IMG/VR virus record: IMGVR_UViG_3300021559_000316
DNA length: 64,000 nt
DNA from: an uncultured virus (IMG/VR IMGVR_UViG_3300021559_000316)
Taxonomy: Duplodnaviria > Heunggongvirae > Uroviricota > Caudoviricetes
Reading direction: 5' to 3' (one strand)
The notes under the pieces were generated by a model. That model worked only from the letters and a program-made list of their open reading frames with translations, did not search any database and was not told the DNA's origin. Position numbers and translations under genes: made by a program. Shown here in pieces: positions 25,209-36,104 of this stretch (the first letter of the stretch is position 1; each line of letters opens with the position of its first letter).

Positions 25209-25499
25209 TCATTCGATGCTCCGCAGGTGTGCCACCGCATCGTCGACGATCGCCTGCATCCAGCCGCGGCCCTTGTACTGCTTGCGCTCGAACCCGCGCC
25301 GCGTGATCTTCTCGCCCTCGAAGCGACCGCTCGTGCAGTTGAAGCCACTGCGGAAACCGCGCTGCTCGAAGTCGAGCGTGGCGCCGTATCGACCGGGCGG
25401 CGGCGACGTGATCACGGCGAACCTGAACCTCTGCTCGGGCCAGAGCACCTCGATCGTCCAGCCGTCGGGCAGCTCGACGCAATCCAGGTCGCGCTTCAT
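25209..25499 (-). CDS. hypothetical protein
   Basis: ATGA-coupled, good codon usage. Confidence 0.65.
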   Translation of the reverse strand: MKRDLDCVELPDGWTIEVLWPEQRFRFAVITSPPPGRYGATLDFEQRGFRSGFNCTSGRFEGEKITRRGFERKQYKGRGWMQAIVDDAVAHLRSIE

Positions 25500-25644
25500 G
25501 ACTTACCGCCTCTGCTTCGCAGCGCGAAGGCGATCTCGAGCGTGATCGCCGCTGCTGCGAATCCGAGTTGGAGGAGGATGGTCGTCGTCATGCTTCCACC
25601 AGCACATAGCGATCTCTTCAACCGGTAACACGATCGATCATTGC

Positions 25645-25672
25645 TTGACAACAAGTATTACCTCGTAATACT
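25645..25672 (+). promoter_or_regulatory. sigma70-like promoter overlapped by an inverted-repeat operator at the divergence point
   Basis: TTGACA 25645-25650; AGTATTA-N5-TAATACT 25654-25672; strand switch between leftward and rightward arms. Confidence 0.7.
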
Positions 25673-25680
25673 CATCCTTC

Positions 25681-25902
25681 GTGACCGCGAAGCGATCTCA
25701 TCTCTTCCAAGCGAAGCTCACGGCTAAGGAGCTCACAGCCTGGAAGCGCGCGGCGCGGCGCTCAGGCAAGACGATCACCGATTGGGCCCGAGACATCCTG
25801 AACCTCAGCTCGGCACCGCCTCCGTCACCGGTGCCACCAGTCGTTGGCGGCGATCAGACCGAGCTGCCGCTCAACGGGAAGCCACCGAGGCGTGTGACGT
25901 GA
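25681..25902 (+). CDS. RHH/MobC-like small regulator, first gene of the rightward arm
   Basis: FQAKLTAKELTAWKRAARRSGKTITDWARDIL. Confidence 0.7.
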   Translation: MTAKRSHLFQAKLTAKELTAWKRAARRSGKTITDWARDILNLSSAPPPSPVPPVVGGDQTELPLNGKPPRRVT

Positions 25903-26729
25903 AGCGTGACGTCCGCTTTTACCTCGACCGAAAGATCAATGTCTCGGCCGACCGGTGCTCTCCGGCGAGCGCTCCCCAACGCGCGCCGGACAGATCGGGA
26001 TCAGATCGCGGCGATCCACCCGCGTCGCGATCTGTCCCCCGGCGCCGGTCGGCCGACTTCTCTACGCCGGGGCGTGACCCATGACGCGATCACGCGTCGT
26101 CACGCATCCTCGCGGCGTCAACACCGCGGCGATCACCCGTCGAGATCAGATCCGCGCCCTCGCCGGCGACATCGTCGACCAGATCGTCGCGACCAAGGGT
26201 GACGACGCGCGGGACAAGCGGATCGATCTCGTCACCACCTATTTGATCTCGCTGATCGAGTCGGCGGCCAATGGCGCGATCGCGCGCCTCGCGGCGATGG
26301 CGGAGGACGAGCGCGACGCGATCTTCGCGCGCATGAGGGAGGCAACTGCGCCATGAAGCGCTTCACCACGATCCGCGTCCTCAACGAGATCTGGCGCGTG
26401 CCGCGCGGCTTTGGTCGAGCGTACGCGCGCGCGGCCAAGGACGATCTCGCGCTGGTTCGCGACGGCAAGCCCGGCGCGGTGATCGACAGCGTGATCGATC
26501 TGCTCGCACTGATCGGCTACGCGGCCACCCGCGAGCAGGTCGCCGACTGGAATCTTCGCCGCCGCGTCGAGGCCGTCGTCTACGCCGGGACCGAGTACCT
26601 GCGCGCGTCGGACAACCGCGGCCCGCGACATCCGCGGCCGATCTGGCTGCCCGCGGATCCGTGGCGGGGGGCCAATCGCGGCGAGGGCGCGATCGCCGGG
26701 CCGGCGGGGACGCCGATCGCGGGGATGCC

Positions 26730-27839
26730 GTGACGATCGACGCCCGCATCCGCCACATGATCGTGTTCCGAAACGGGAACGTCGCCGCGTGCGACGCCGA
26801 CGGCCAGCAGATCGTCGAATACCAGGGCAACGTCCACCGCGATCCAACGCTGATTCGTCGCGTGCGCGCCGCCGCGGCCCCGGACGTCGAGTGGATCGGG
26901 ATCGAGCATCTACCGCCCGAGCCTAAGACGGCGCGATCTACATCGGAGCAGCGCTACGCGTGGCGAAAGCTCGTCGATTTGCCCCACTGGGAGGCGCCCG
27001 AGTTGGTAGAGGCCGACGACGCGATCAAGAGCCTCCTCGGTGAGGTCGACCTGCTCGAGCGCGAGCTGCGAGAGGTCCGATCCGCGAGAGAGGCGTCCGC
27101 GCGCGCGATCGGGCGACTCTCTCGCGAGGGTGCCGGCGACAAGAGCACCAAGATCTACGACGGGGAGTTCGTCCTGGCCGCCCGCAACGTCGAGTGCCCC
27201 GTCTGCGCTGCACCGCCCGGATCGCCGTGCGCCCAGGTTCAGCCGCAGGGGGCCGGCTGGTCCCTCGTCGTCGGCGGCGGCCATCAGGGCGAGATGGCCA
27301 GCTGGGCTCACCTGGGCCGAGATCTGTTCGCCCTCGTCGAACAAACAGCGGCATTACGAGATGCGAGCGCTGCGGATGATCAAGAGCGTCGAAAGCTCGA
27401 CGACGTCCGTCTCGCGCTCCGCGGGGAGCTATTCGGTCCATTCGGTGTGAGCACCGTCGTCGCGAGCGAGGCGGCGGCGCTTTACAAAAAGCACGCGCTG
27501 GCGATCGCCGATCTGGCAAAGCTCAAAGAAGAGTTCGCCGAAATGAAGCAAAAGCACGCCGTCGCCGCCTTTGAATCGGATCAGAAGCTTGCGGCCAGTG
27601 CCGCGCACAGCGGCGAGCTCGTCGATCTGATCGATCGCATCGATCGGATCCTCAGCGTCCGCAACGGCGCGCGCGTGATCGACGTCGCCGGCGTGATCGC
27701 GGCCATCGAGAAGCTGCTCGATCGGAACCGCGCTGCCGAAGAAGTCCTCTCGCGCGTGCGCGAGGCGCTTCGCGGCATCGGCGCCATGGTCATCGATCCG
27801 TTCGACGTCGTGAACCCGCCGGAGGTCGTCAAGTCATGA
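26730..27839 (+). CDS. modular coiled-coil protein with a phage Zn finger
   Basis: CPVCAAPPGSPC...HLGR; GTGA-coupled start. Confidence 0.7.
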   Translation: MTIDARIRHMIVFRNGNVAACDADGQQIVEYQGNVHRDPTLIRRVRAAAAPDVEWIGIEHLPPEPKTARSTSEQRYAWRKLVDLPHWEAPELVEADDAIKSLLGEVDLLERELREVRSAREASARAIGRLSREGAGDKSTKIYDGEFVLAARNVECPVCAAPPGSPCAQVQPQGAGWSLVVGGGHQGEMASWAHLGRDLFALVEQTAALRDASAADDQERRKLDDVRLALRGELFGPFGVSTVVASEAAALYKKHALAIADLAKLKEEFAEMKQKHAVAAFESDQKLAASAAHSGELVDLIDRIDRILSVRNGARVIDVAGVIAAIEKLLDRNRAAEEVLSRVREALRGIGAMVIDPFDVVNPPEVVKS

Positions 27840-29942
27840 GAGGCAAGAAGAAGCCACCACGTCGGCCACTACCCAAGACGTGGGCCGGCGCGCGCGTCGT
27901 CCGCGGCCTCGGCATGAACAGTGACGAGATCGACGCGCTCGTCGAGCGCCACGCGTATTCCGAGTTCAGCGACGCGCGCGGCAAAGACGTCTACCTCGTG
28001 CTCGAGGACAAGGCGCTCGAGGATGGCTCGTTCATGGAGCCGCGGCTGTTCGCGGACTACGACACGGCGCTTCGTTACGCGCGAGCGATGGGGAACGGCA
28101 ACATCGATCAGCGCGTGCTTCGCGTGACCGAGCAGACGCTAGTCGTCGGAACAGATAGCGACCTATGAGCGGCTACCGCGCCGGCATGACCGACGACGCG
28201 TTCGCTGCTTGGGCCGAGCGCGAGAAGCCGTGTCGCTACTGCAACACGAAGTTCGTCGGTCCGATCTGTCCCCGCTGCGAGTTGCCGCTGATCGCCGGAA
28301 AGAAATCCCAGTCGTGAGCATCACCGCCGAACACCGCGAGGAAAGCAAACGCTTCTCGTGCTCGGGCTGCACCGATCGCGAGCAACGGCGGCTTTTGATC
28401 GATGTCGGACAGGCCGTGCCGCCCCTGGTGCTCTCGCCGTTCGTCGTCCACGGCGCTGACTTCACCGCGCACCTATGCACGGACTGCGCGATCAAGGTCG
28501 TCGAGGCGCTCAGCGCGGTAATCACGATGCGCGATCCGAAGGGAGCACGAGAGCTGCGACGCTTCTTCGGCGTCGGTAAGCGAAAGAAGAGGATTTCTAG
28601 GAAGGCCGCCGCGTGAGCACGACGAGAAAACAAAAACTAACGAAGGCCGAGTACGTCGACTTGTGGAAGGAGCTTTTCGCCCTCGCCATGGCGTGGGAAG
28701 ACCGCCACGACATGGATCCCAACGATACGTCCCGTCTCTTGTTGCAGGTCGGCACCTTCTTGGCGAAGGAGATGGACATCTCCATCGATCAGGTGATCGA
28801 GTACGTGCGCGGCACGTACTCGATCGGAAGACCGACGTGACAGACGGGCGTCAAGCCATGACACCGCGCGAGGAGCGCCGCTCCAGATGAACCAGCACGC
28901 CAAGGCATTCATCGAGGACGACGGCGAGCCGCCGATCGCGCGGCGCTTTCGCTACGTCTGCCAGTGCAGCAAGGCCGGCGAGTGGCGGGCGAGCGAGCAG
29001 GCGGCCAAGAACGATCACACGATCCACAAGCACACCGCCGATCTCGGCGGGGGGTGGGCCGGATGAGCAACCCACGAACCCCGCCGCTGCGCCTCTGGTG
29101 CGTCGAGATCGATCCCGATCGCCCGACGACCGTGCGCGCCTGGATCGGCCGGCTCTACTTCGAATCGATGTGGTCATCGGCCGATCTCGCGCGCAACGTC
29201 GCCGAGCGGATCGCGCGTGACAACGGGATGCGCCGGCGGCCGGCGAAGTACGGCGCCCAGTGGATGGTGGGCAAGACCCGGCGGCCGAAGATCTTGCAGA
29301 TGATCGCCGGCCACCCGCTCCGGCCAGCGCAGGTCAGCGCCGCGCGCTGGCTCGCGGAGATTCGCGACGAGGTACGCGCATCGACCTTCGACTGGCCAAA
29401 GATCGCCGAGGCGCTCGAGCAGCATCGCGATCCCAAGCGGAGTCAGGGCAACTCCGCCGTGCGGGCGATGGCGAAGATCGTGACCGTGCTACGGGAGATC
29501 CCGCGGTGAGCGACGACATTTTCGTCGTCTATGCCGACGACCTCGACGGCCATCGGCAGCCGATTGGCTGGCGCGCGACCGAGGCGGAGGCGCGTGAGTT
29601 CGCCGCTCTCGCGGCTGCCGATCTCGAGCGCCGTAAGAACATCTTGAGACCGGGGCGGGAGCGACTGCATGCCGCGTGGTGCGCGCGCAGCGACAGCAGC
29701 CGAGCAACATATCCGGGAGGATTTGGCCCGCTATGGCCAGAAGATCATCCTTCACACGCAACGTACGATGCCGAACTCGAGGAATATCGGCGACAGTTCG
29801 CCCTCGTACAGACGGGTGCGATCGATCCCGGCGCGCTCGACGTCACCTCATTCGTCGGCGAGTACGATACACACGCCGAATACGGTGTGTGGCGCGTGGC
29901 GCGGAATGATCAGTGCGGCGATTGCACAGAAGGGAGGCTGTC

Positions 29943-30245
29943 ATGAGCGCGTACGTCGGCGACTACGCGATCGACGCGATGCCCGGCCACCTCGTGGTTC
30001 GGATCGTCGCCCCGCCCTGGCGATCGGCGATCGATCGTGAGGACTCACTTCGAATGGCCGAGGTCCTCGACATCGGATCGCCGCCGCTCGACAACGACAC
30101 CCGCTCGATGCTCGGAGCCGGCGGGCTGGTCGCGCTCCATAAATTCAGCGGCGTGACCCTCACGATCGACGGCGAAGAGCTGCTCGTCGTCCGCTACGAC
30201 GACGTCGCCGCGATCGTGCGGCCGAAAGCAGAGCGGACGTCGTGA
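29943..30245 (+). CDS. groES: GroES/Cpn10-like co-chaperonin
   Basis: PGHLVVRI...AEVLDIG...KFSGVTLTIDGEELLVVRYDDVAAIV; mobile loop divergent. Confidence 0.75.
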   Translation: MSAYVGDYAIDAMPGHLVVRIVAPPWRSAIDREDSLRMAEVLDIGSPPLDNDTRSMLGAGGLVALHKFSGVTLTIDGEELLVVRYDDVAAIVRPKAERTS

Positions 30246-30474
30246 CCAAGAAGCGCGGGTTCATCTGCGGCCAGTGCGGTCAGCCATTCACCGCCCGACC
30301 CTGCGGTCCCACGCACGCCCTGATCGTGAGGGAGCTGCGCGAGGGCCCCTACGCCGCGTCCAAGCTCCGCCGCCTGAAGCAGCGGATCGCGAGCATCTTG
30401 TGGGAGCTGCCGGACGCGCGGAAGAAGATCAACGACGCGATCGATGCGTGGGCTCTCGCGGAGAGGAAGCGCGC

Positions 30475-31008
30475 GTGACGTCGATCCGAGACGCCGAGCT
30501 CCGCCTCGCCGCTGGCCTCGCGCGCTGGAAGACCTCGCGCACGTACAAGACCTCGCGCGTCGCGAGCGCCTCGATCGAGCTGCGAGACGCGATCGCTGTC
30601 GCGGTATTGGTTCGACGCGAGATCGAGCCCGACGCCGAGTACCTCGATCTCAAGGGCGAGTGCGGCCGCGCCGCCGTCACGATCGCGATTCGTCTCCTCG
30701 ATCCGGACGCGCTCCGCATGGGCTACTTCCTCGACGGGGTAGGCGGGCGGCGCGCCAAGGAGGTCCTCGCGTGGAAGGCGCGGCACCCGTCCGATCACGC
30801 GTGGTGCGTGGTCGACGACCACGTCGTCGACGCGACCGCGACGCAGTTCGGCGACTACCCGGCGATCTACGTGAGGCCGATCGCCCAGGCCGCGCAGTAC
30901 GTCGAGATCCATCGCGGCGTCGCGGCCGCGGAGCAGATGCGGACGTGGGACTACCACGGCTGGCCACGGAAGCTGGCTCGCTTGCGCGCGTTGGATGTGT
31001 CGCCGTGA
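30475..31008 (+). CDS. papain/transglutaminase-fold protein with a Cys-His-Asp triad
   Basis: GECGRAA...DHAWCVVDDHVVDATATQF. Confidence 0.6.
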   Translation: MTSIRDAELRLAAGLARWKTSRTYKTSRVASASIELRDAIAVAVLVRREIEPDAEYLDLKGECGRAAVTIAIRLLDPDALRMGYFLDGVGGRRAKEVLAWKARHPSDHAWCVVDDHVVDATATQFGDYPAIYVRPIAQAAQYVEIHRGVAAAEQMRTWDYHGWPRKLARLRALDVSP

Positions 31009-31143
31009 AGATCCCGCACGACATCCTCGTCCTACGCCAGTTCGTCTACGGCATCGGAGATCGATCCTGGACCGAGATCGAGCACGCGCACGTACTGGAC
31101 CTCGTGCGCGCGATCTTGCGCCGGCGATCGAAGAGTAAGCCGA

Positions 31144-31401
31144 ATGTCTGACGCCGAGTCGACCTCGATCCGCGTGCTCCGCTACCTCGCCGCGCACGGT
31201 CCCGTCGACGCCACATCGGTCGGCGCCGCCGTGTGGCGCGACTTGAAGCGGGGACACGTCATCTCGTCCAACGGCGGCGGCGACTACGCCGCGCAGATGT
31301 TGCTCGGCAGGCTCAAGAAGCGGGGCCTCGTCCGCCACGCGCCGAGCGATGGCGCCTCGCGCTGGGAGATCACCGCCGAGGGCCGGAGGCAGATCGCGTG
31401 A
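31144..31401 (+). CDS. winged-HTH protein
   Basis: IRVLRYL...LGRLKKRGLV...WEITAEGR. Confidence 0.7.
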   Translation: MSDAESTSIRVLRYLAAHGPVDATSVGAAVWRDLKRGHVISSNGGGDYAAQMLLGRLKKRGLVRHAPSDGASRWEITAEGRRQIA

Positions 31402-31922
31402 TGGCGAACAAGCGCCCGCCAATGGCCGTCGATCGCCCGCTGATGGAGCTACGTCCATCACCGGAAGATCTCGTCGGCATGCTCGTCGAAGAAGAGCTGG
31501 TCGCGCTCGATCTCCTGCTCGATCGGCTACCGATCGGCGACAAGGACGAGCGGGACATGCGCGATCCGGCTGACTTCGACGATCCCCAGCTGCGACTGCT
31601 CGTACCCGATCCGGTCCGTCGCGGCACCGTCGTCACCGTCGCGCGACAGCTCCGTCAGATCGGCGTGTCGATCCGGCCGCGGAGGAAATCGTGAGTGCCT
31701 GCCACCGCCAGCACCCGAAGAAGCTGGAGAGGAAGATCGTCGCATGAACAAGTTCCAGAAGCTGGCAACGGAGAGCGTCGGCGATCTCGTTGGCCACGCC
31801 ATCCTGATCGTCTGCGCGTCGCAGATGCCTCACAACTCCAAGCTCGAGCTAGTCGACATCTTGGGCGAGCTGGGGCTGCGTCTCCGGCAGGTGGATCGTC
31901 TCGGCCCGCGTCAGGAAGCGCC

Positions 31923-32120
31923 GTGAAGATCATCTCCGTCGACAATTTCGATCGCGAGCAACTCGGCGCCTCGGACGATAAGCTCATCGCCGACCACGTC
32001 GACGCGTACTACGTCGACACCATCGTCGCGGCGCTCAACGCGACCTACTCCGGCGATCACGCCGCGCGCTTCTTCAAGGCCGTGCCCGACGACTACGTGC
32101 TCCGGGAGTACGTGGCGTGA
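31923..32120 (+). CDS. 65-aa hypothetical protein, copy 2 of a duplicated gene
   Basis: Inverted near-identical copy of 19805..20002. Confidence 0.8.
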   Translation: MKIISVDNFDREQLGASDDKLIADHVDAYYVDTIVAALNATYSGDHAARFFKAVPDDYVLREYVA

Positions 32121-33461
32121 TGGATTCGACGAGGGACGCAATCGAGCTGGCCAAGCGGATCCACGCTGGCGTTCGCGGCGAGCTGGGGCGCGATCGCGCC
32201 GAGGACTCGCTGACGATCGTCTCGTTCGCGCATGCGATCGTCGAGTTGTCGCGCCCGAACAAGATCGATCAGGAGCGCGTCGAGCGCGCTGATTGGAACC
32301 GTGCGTCCGGCGACGTCGAGTGCCCGCACTGCACCCACGTCTATTACGATCATCCGACCGTTCCTGGGTTCGAGTGGCTGCACCGGCTGTGCAGCGGGAG
32401 GCTCGTGAAGCTATGACGAAGAAGGCCCCCAAAGTGACCGAGGATGAGTTCGCCGCGCTGTTCGGAGAGCTCTCGCTCACGCGCGAATCGTTGAACGCGA
32501 TCCGCGCCGCGCACAAGAAAGAGCGACATGCCGGAAGATAAGCTCACCCGCCAGGGCGTACGAGATCTCGGCAACAACAGCCGCGTGCGCCAGCCGAAGT
32601 TCATCGTCGGGTGCTCGCACATCTGGGAGGACAAGATCCGCTTCGACTGCTGGGATGAGACGACGAAGCATTATCAGGAGTGCGGGCTCTGCCACGAGGT
32701 GCGGCAGTGATCAGAAGGAGTGGGACATGAGCGACGATCAAGACGTCCTCTGCGGCAACGAAGACTGCGATCGCTGCCACCCGCTGCCGCGCTTCAAGAT
32801 CGGCGTCGAGCGCGTGCAGCGCGTCGTCTACGAGCGGACGATCAAGGCGGCGACCGAGGCCGAGGCCCGCGCGATCTTCGATCGCGGCACGGCGTGGCCC
32901 GAGAGCTACGACGAGCGCCTCGTCGAGACGATCGAGGAGAAGCCGCCCGTCGTGACGATCGTACCGCCCGACGACGATCGGATGATCGAGAGCACGTGTT
33001 GGAACAACCTGCCGTCTGCGAAGACCGAGCGCAGCGTAAACGGCGAATGGCCTCCACTCGAGGACGTAATCGAATGACGTGTACCGCCGCCTGCGAGGCG
33101 ACGCAGATCTGCGGACGCTGCCGCCGCCGCAAGGCGCCGCGCGGCCGATCCGTCGCCCCCGCGATGGCCGGCGGACTGTGCGACATCGACTGTCCCGGTT
33201 ACCGCGAGGAGCCCGAGCCGGGCCACCTCTGGCCGGGCGAGCTGGAGAGGAGCAAATTATGTTGACGATCATCCTGCACTGCCCAGACGCCGAGCGCGTC
33301 TGGAGCGTCGCGTTCCCCGAGACATCGACGGCCCTGCTCGTGCTCATCTTTCAGAGGCTCTCGCGGTTCGATACCAAGGAGGAGACCGACGACGACGGCA
33401 AGCGCGCCCTGACCATCACAAGTCCCGATCCAATGCCCGTCAGCTTTTGGAAGGGGCAGCC

Positions 33462-33923
33462 ATGAGCGACGTGCAATTGACTGACGACGAGATCGAGGCT
33501 GCGCGGGCGTTGTGCAAGGCAGCGACGCCGGGACCGTGGAAGCCCTGTGAGGCGCAGCCGGACGCGAAATGCCCGTGCCAGCTCGTGTGGTCAATTCCGG
33601 CCGACGTGCCGGTGATGCGAGGCTACGGCGACGACGGCGAGAATGGGCGAGAGGCCGACGTGTTGTTCGCCGCCGCCGCCCGCACGCTCGTGCCGAAGCT
33701 GATCGCGGAGGTGGAGCGGCTGAACAAGCTGTGTCGCACGCTCGAAGGTATCGGGCCGGTGTTCGTCGAGCGCGACGCCCTGCGCGCCGAGGTCGAGCGC
33801 ATGCGGCCGATCTATGACTTGGCCGTGAAGGTCGCGGACTGCGCCGAGGACTACGACACAAGCGCCGTCGATGCGCTCATCTGCGCCGTCGATGACGCAC
33901 TCGCGAAGGAGTCCACGCCGTGA
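33462..33923 (+). CDS. Ead/Ea22-like protein
   Basis: KAATPGPW...DVLFAAAARTLVPKLIAEVERL, then the ERMRPxY...AVDDALAKE module. Confidence 0.75.
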   Translation: MSDVQLTDDEIEAARALCKAATPGPWKPCEAQPDAKCPCQLVWSIPADVPVMRGYGDDGENGREADVLFAAAARTLVPKLIAEVERLNKLCRTLEGIGPVFVERDALRAEVERMRPIYDLAVKVADCAEDYDTSAVDALICAVDDALAKESTP

Positions 33924-35068
33924 CCAAGATTATCGCGATCTCCGACCTCCACCTCGGCCAGACCGGCGCCGACGGTCTCGGCCAGCATTCACTCTTGTCG
34001 ACGAAGGCAGCGACGAATCTCGTCCCCGCCCTCGCGAGGGCGATCTCCACCTTCACCAGCAACGCGGCAGATCCCTACACGCTCCTCGTCGTCGGCGACT
34101 TCCTCGATCTGTCCCTCGCGTACGCGCAAGACGCCGTCGAAGATCTGCGAGATCTCCTCGCGCGCCTCCCGCGCCCAGACGAGATCATCGTCGTCGCGGG
34201 CAATCACGATCATCATCTGTGGTCGCTGCACAGCGAAGACAAGCGGCTGCTCGCGCCGCTGCGAGGCGGCATGATCCCGCCGACGGGAGGGGGGACCTAC
34301 CAAATCACGTCTCCCGTCGGTGAGCCGTTCACGATCTTGCAGCCGCTAATCGACGGGATCTACGCCCAGGGGCACGCGAAGGTCACGATCGCGTACCCCA
34401 GCTACGTTCGCGAGCTCGAGGGCGGCGCGCGCCTCTACGTCACGCACGGCCACCTCTTCGGCGGACTCTACACCGATCTGTCCGATCTACTCGCCCCCAA
34501 GCTCGCCGGGCTGCCACACGATCGTGTCGCCGCGACGGTGAACCATCCGATCATCGAGCTGATCTACTGGCTCCTCGGCGAGACGGGCGAGGGGATCGGC
34601 GCCGACGGGCTCGTCGAGGCGATCTACACCGACTTGCAGAAGGGCAAGGACGGCCTGCTGCGGCCGATCGTCGCGCGCCTCGTCGACCAGATCCTGCCGC
34701 ATGGCGTCCTCTGGCGCGTGATCGGCGGGATCGAGCGGCGGATCATCGTCGATGCGATCATGGCCGAGCTCGACAAGCAGCTGCTCTCGCCGCCGCTCGC
34801 GAGCGTGACGTCGGCCGATCGCTTCGCCGACGTCGAGGCGACGCGCGCTCGACTTCGCGCGTGGATGGAGGCGATCGCCTGGCCGAAGCAGCAGAGCACG
34901 ATCATGCTCTACGGCCACACGCACGTGTGGGACGACTACGCGATCCCGGACACGGGCGTCCACTCGTACAACCTCTCGACGTGGCTCGTCGAGCCGAACC
35001 ACGCGCCACCGAGGACGGGCTTTCTGGGGATCGACGGCGCCGACGCGCGCTGGATCGACGTGACGTAA
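33920..35068 (+). CDS. calcineurin-like metallophosphoesterase
   Basis: SDLHLG, GDFLD, GNHD, THGH, GHTH. Confidence 0.9.
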   Translation: MTKIIAISDLHLGQTGADGLGQHSLLSTKAATNLVPALARAISTFTSNAADPYTLLVVGDFLDLSLAYAQDAVEDLRDLLARLPRPDEIIVVAGNHDHHLWSLHSEDKRLLAPLRGGMIPPTGGGTYQITSPVGEPFTILQPLIDGIYAQGHAKVTIAYPSYVRELEGGARLYVTHGHLFGGLYTDLSDLLAPKLAGLPHDRVAATVNHPIIELIYWLLGETGEGIGADGLVEAIYTDLQKGKDGLLRPIVARLVDQILPHGVLWRVIGGIERRIIVDAIMAELDKQLLSPPLASVTSADRFADVEATRARLRAWMEAIAWPKQQSTIMLYGHTHVWDDYAIPDTGVHSYNLSTWLVEPNHAPPRTGFLGIDGADARWIDVT

Positions 35069-35088
35069 CCACAAGAGGAGCGGAGCAC

Positions 35089-35355
35089 ATGAAGAAGAAA
35101 GCAACTGGCATCCAGCACGTCTACGCCGTGACCTACCAATACTGGTTCGAGGGCCAGGAGCATCCCTGGGCTACCGCCACCCGACACGTGCTCGCCAACG
35201 GTGACGCCCGCTCCGCGGGCGAGCATCTCGAGCGACAGGTCGTCGGCGGAATCGTCGTATTCCGTACCGCAAACGAGAAGGCCATCGAAAAATACCGCAT
35301 CAACAAGATCGCCATCGAGAAGATCGAGCGCGTCGCGATAGACGTCCTCGTCTGA
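35089..35355 (+). CDS. hypothetical protein
   Basis: SD GAGGAG/GGAG; MKKKATGIQHVYAV... Confidence 0.65.
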   Translation: MKKKATGIQHVYAVTYQYWFEGQEHPWATATRHVLANGDARSAGEHLERQVVGGIVVFRTANEKAIEKYRINKIAIEKIERVAIDVLV

Positions 35356-35383
35356 CAACCGGTGCGCGCTGGATCAACGTGAC

Positions 35384-35578
35384 GTGACGAAGGAAGATCC
35401 CAAAAAGAATCCGCCCGGCCGCCCGTTCGGCTGGCGCAAGCCCCACGCGCGTCGGCTCACGATCATGCTGCGCGTTACCAAAGAAGAGCTCGCGATCTTG
35501 CGACGGGCCGCGCGCCGACGAGATCTCACGCTGAGCGACGTGCTTCGCGAGGCGATCAGCAAGGTGATCAAGTCGTGA
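35384..35578 (+). CDS. RHH/MobC-like DNA-binding protein
   Basis: GRP hook, IMLRVTKEELAILRRAARRRDLTLSDVLREA. Confidence 0.7.
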   Translation: MTKEDPKKNPPGRPFGWRKPHARRLTIMLRVTKEELAILRRAARRRDLTLSDVLREAISKVIKS

Positions 35579-35796
35579 ACGATCTCGACGCCAAGATGAA
35601 GGAGCTGCGCGCGATCTGCGATCGACTCGAGTCCGGCAAGCTCCCGCTCGAGCAGACCCTCGCCGAGTACGCGCGTGGCGTCACGATCGGCCACGAAATC
35701 GACGCGCTGCTCGGGCAGGCAGAGCAGAAGATCGATCTCATCAAGCCGGACGGCTCGATCGAGCCGTTCCCACGCTCACCAGGAGGCGCCCAGTGA
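35575..35796 (+). CDS. xseB: exodeoxyribonuclease VII small subunit
   Basis: MKELRAICDRLESGKLPLEQTLAEYARGV...LGQAEQKI. Confidence 0.85.
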   Translation: MNDLDAKMKELRAICDRLESGKLPLEQTLAEYARGVTIGHEIDALLGQAEQKIDLIKPDGSIEPFPRSPGGAQ

Positions 35797-36104
35797 AGGC
35801 ATTCGACGCACTGACGGACGAAGAACTCGAAGACGCCAAGCGCGGTGGCGTCGATATGCTCGCCGCACACTACCGCGAGCTACGGGAGCACCACGTCGCG
35901 GAGACCGCGCACCTCGCCGCGCGCGATCGATCGGCGATCTTGCGCATGGCCGGGAACATCGCCGGCGGACTCGTCGCGAGCCTGAACTATCACGAGCTCT
36001 CCTCGGGGGACGAGGCCGGCGTGGCGATGACGAGCGTCGCGATCGCGCGCGCGATCGTCGCCGAAGTCGACGGACGCTTGGTTCCTCTGGAGGAGGACTA
36101 GATC

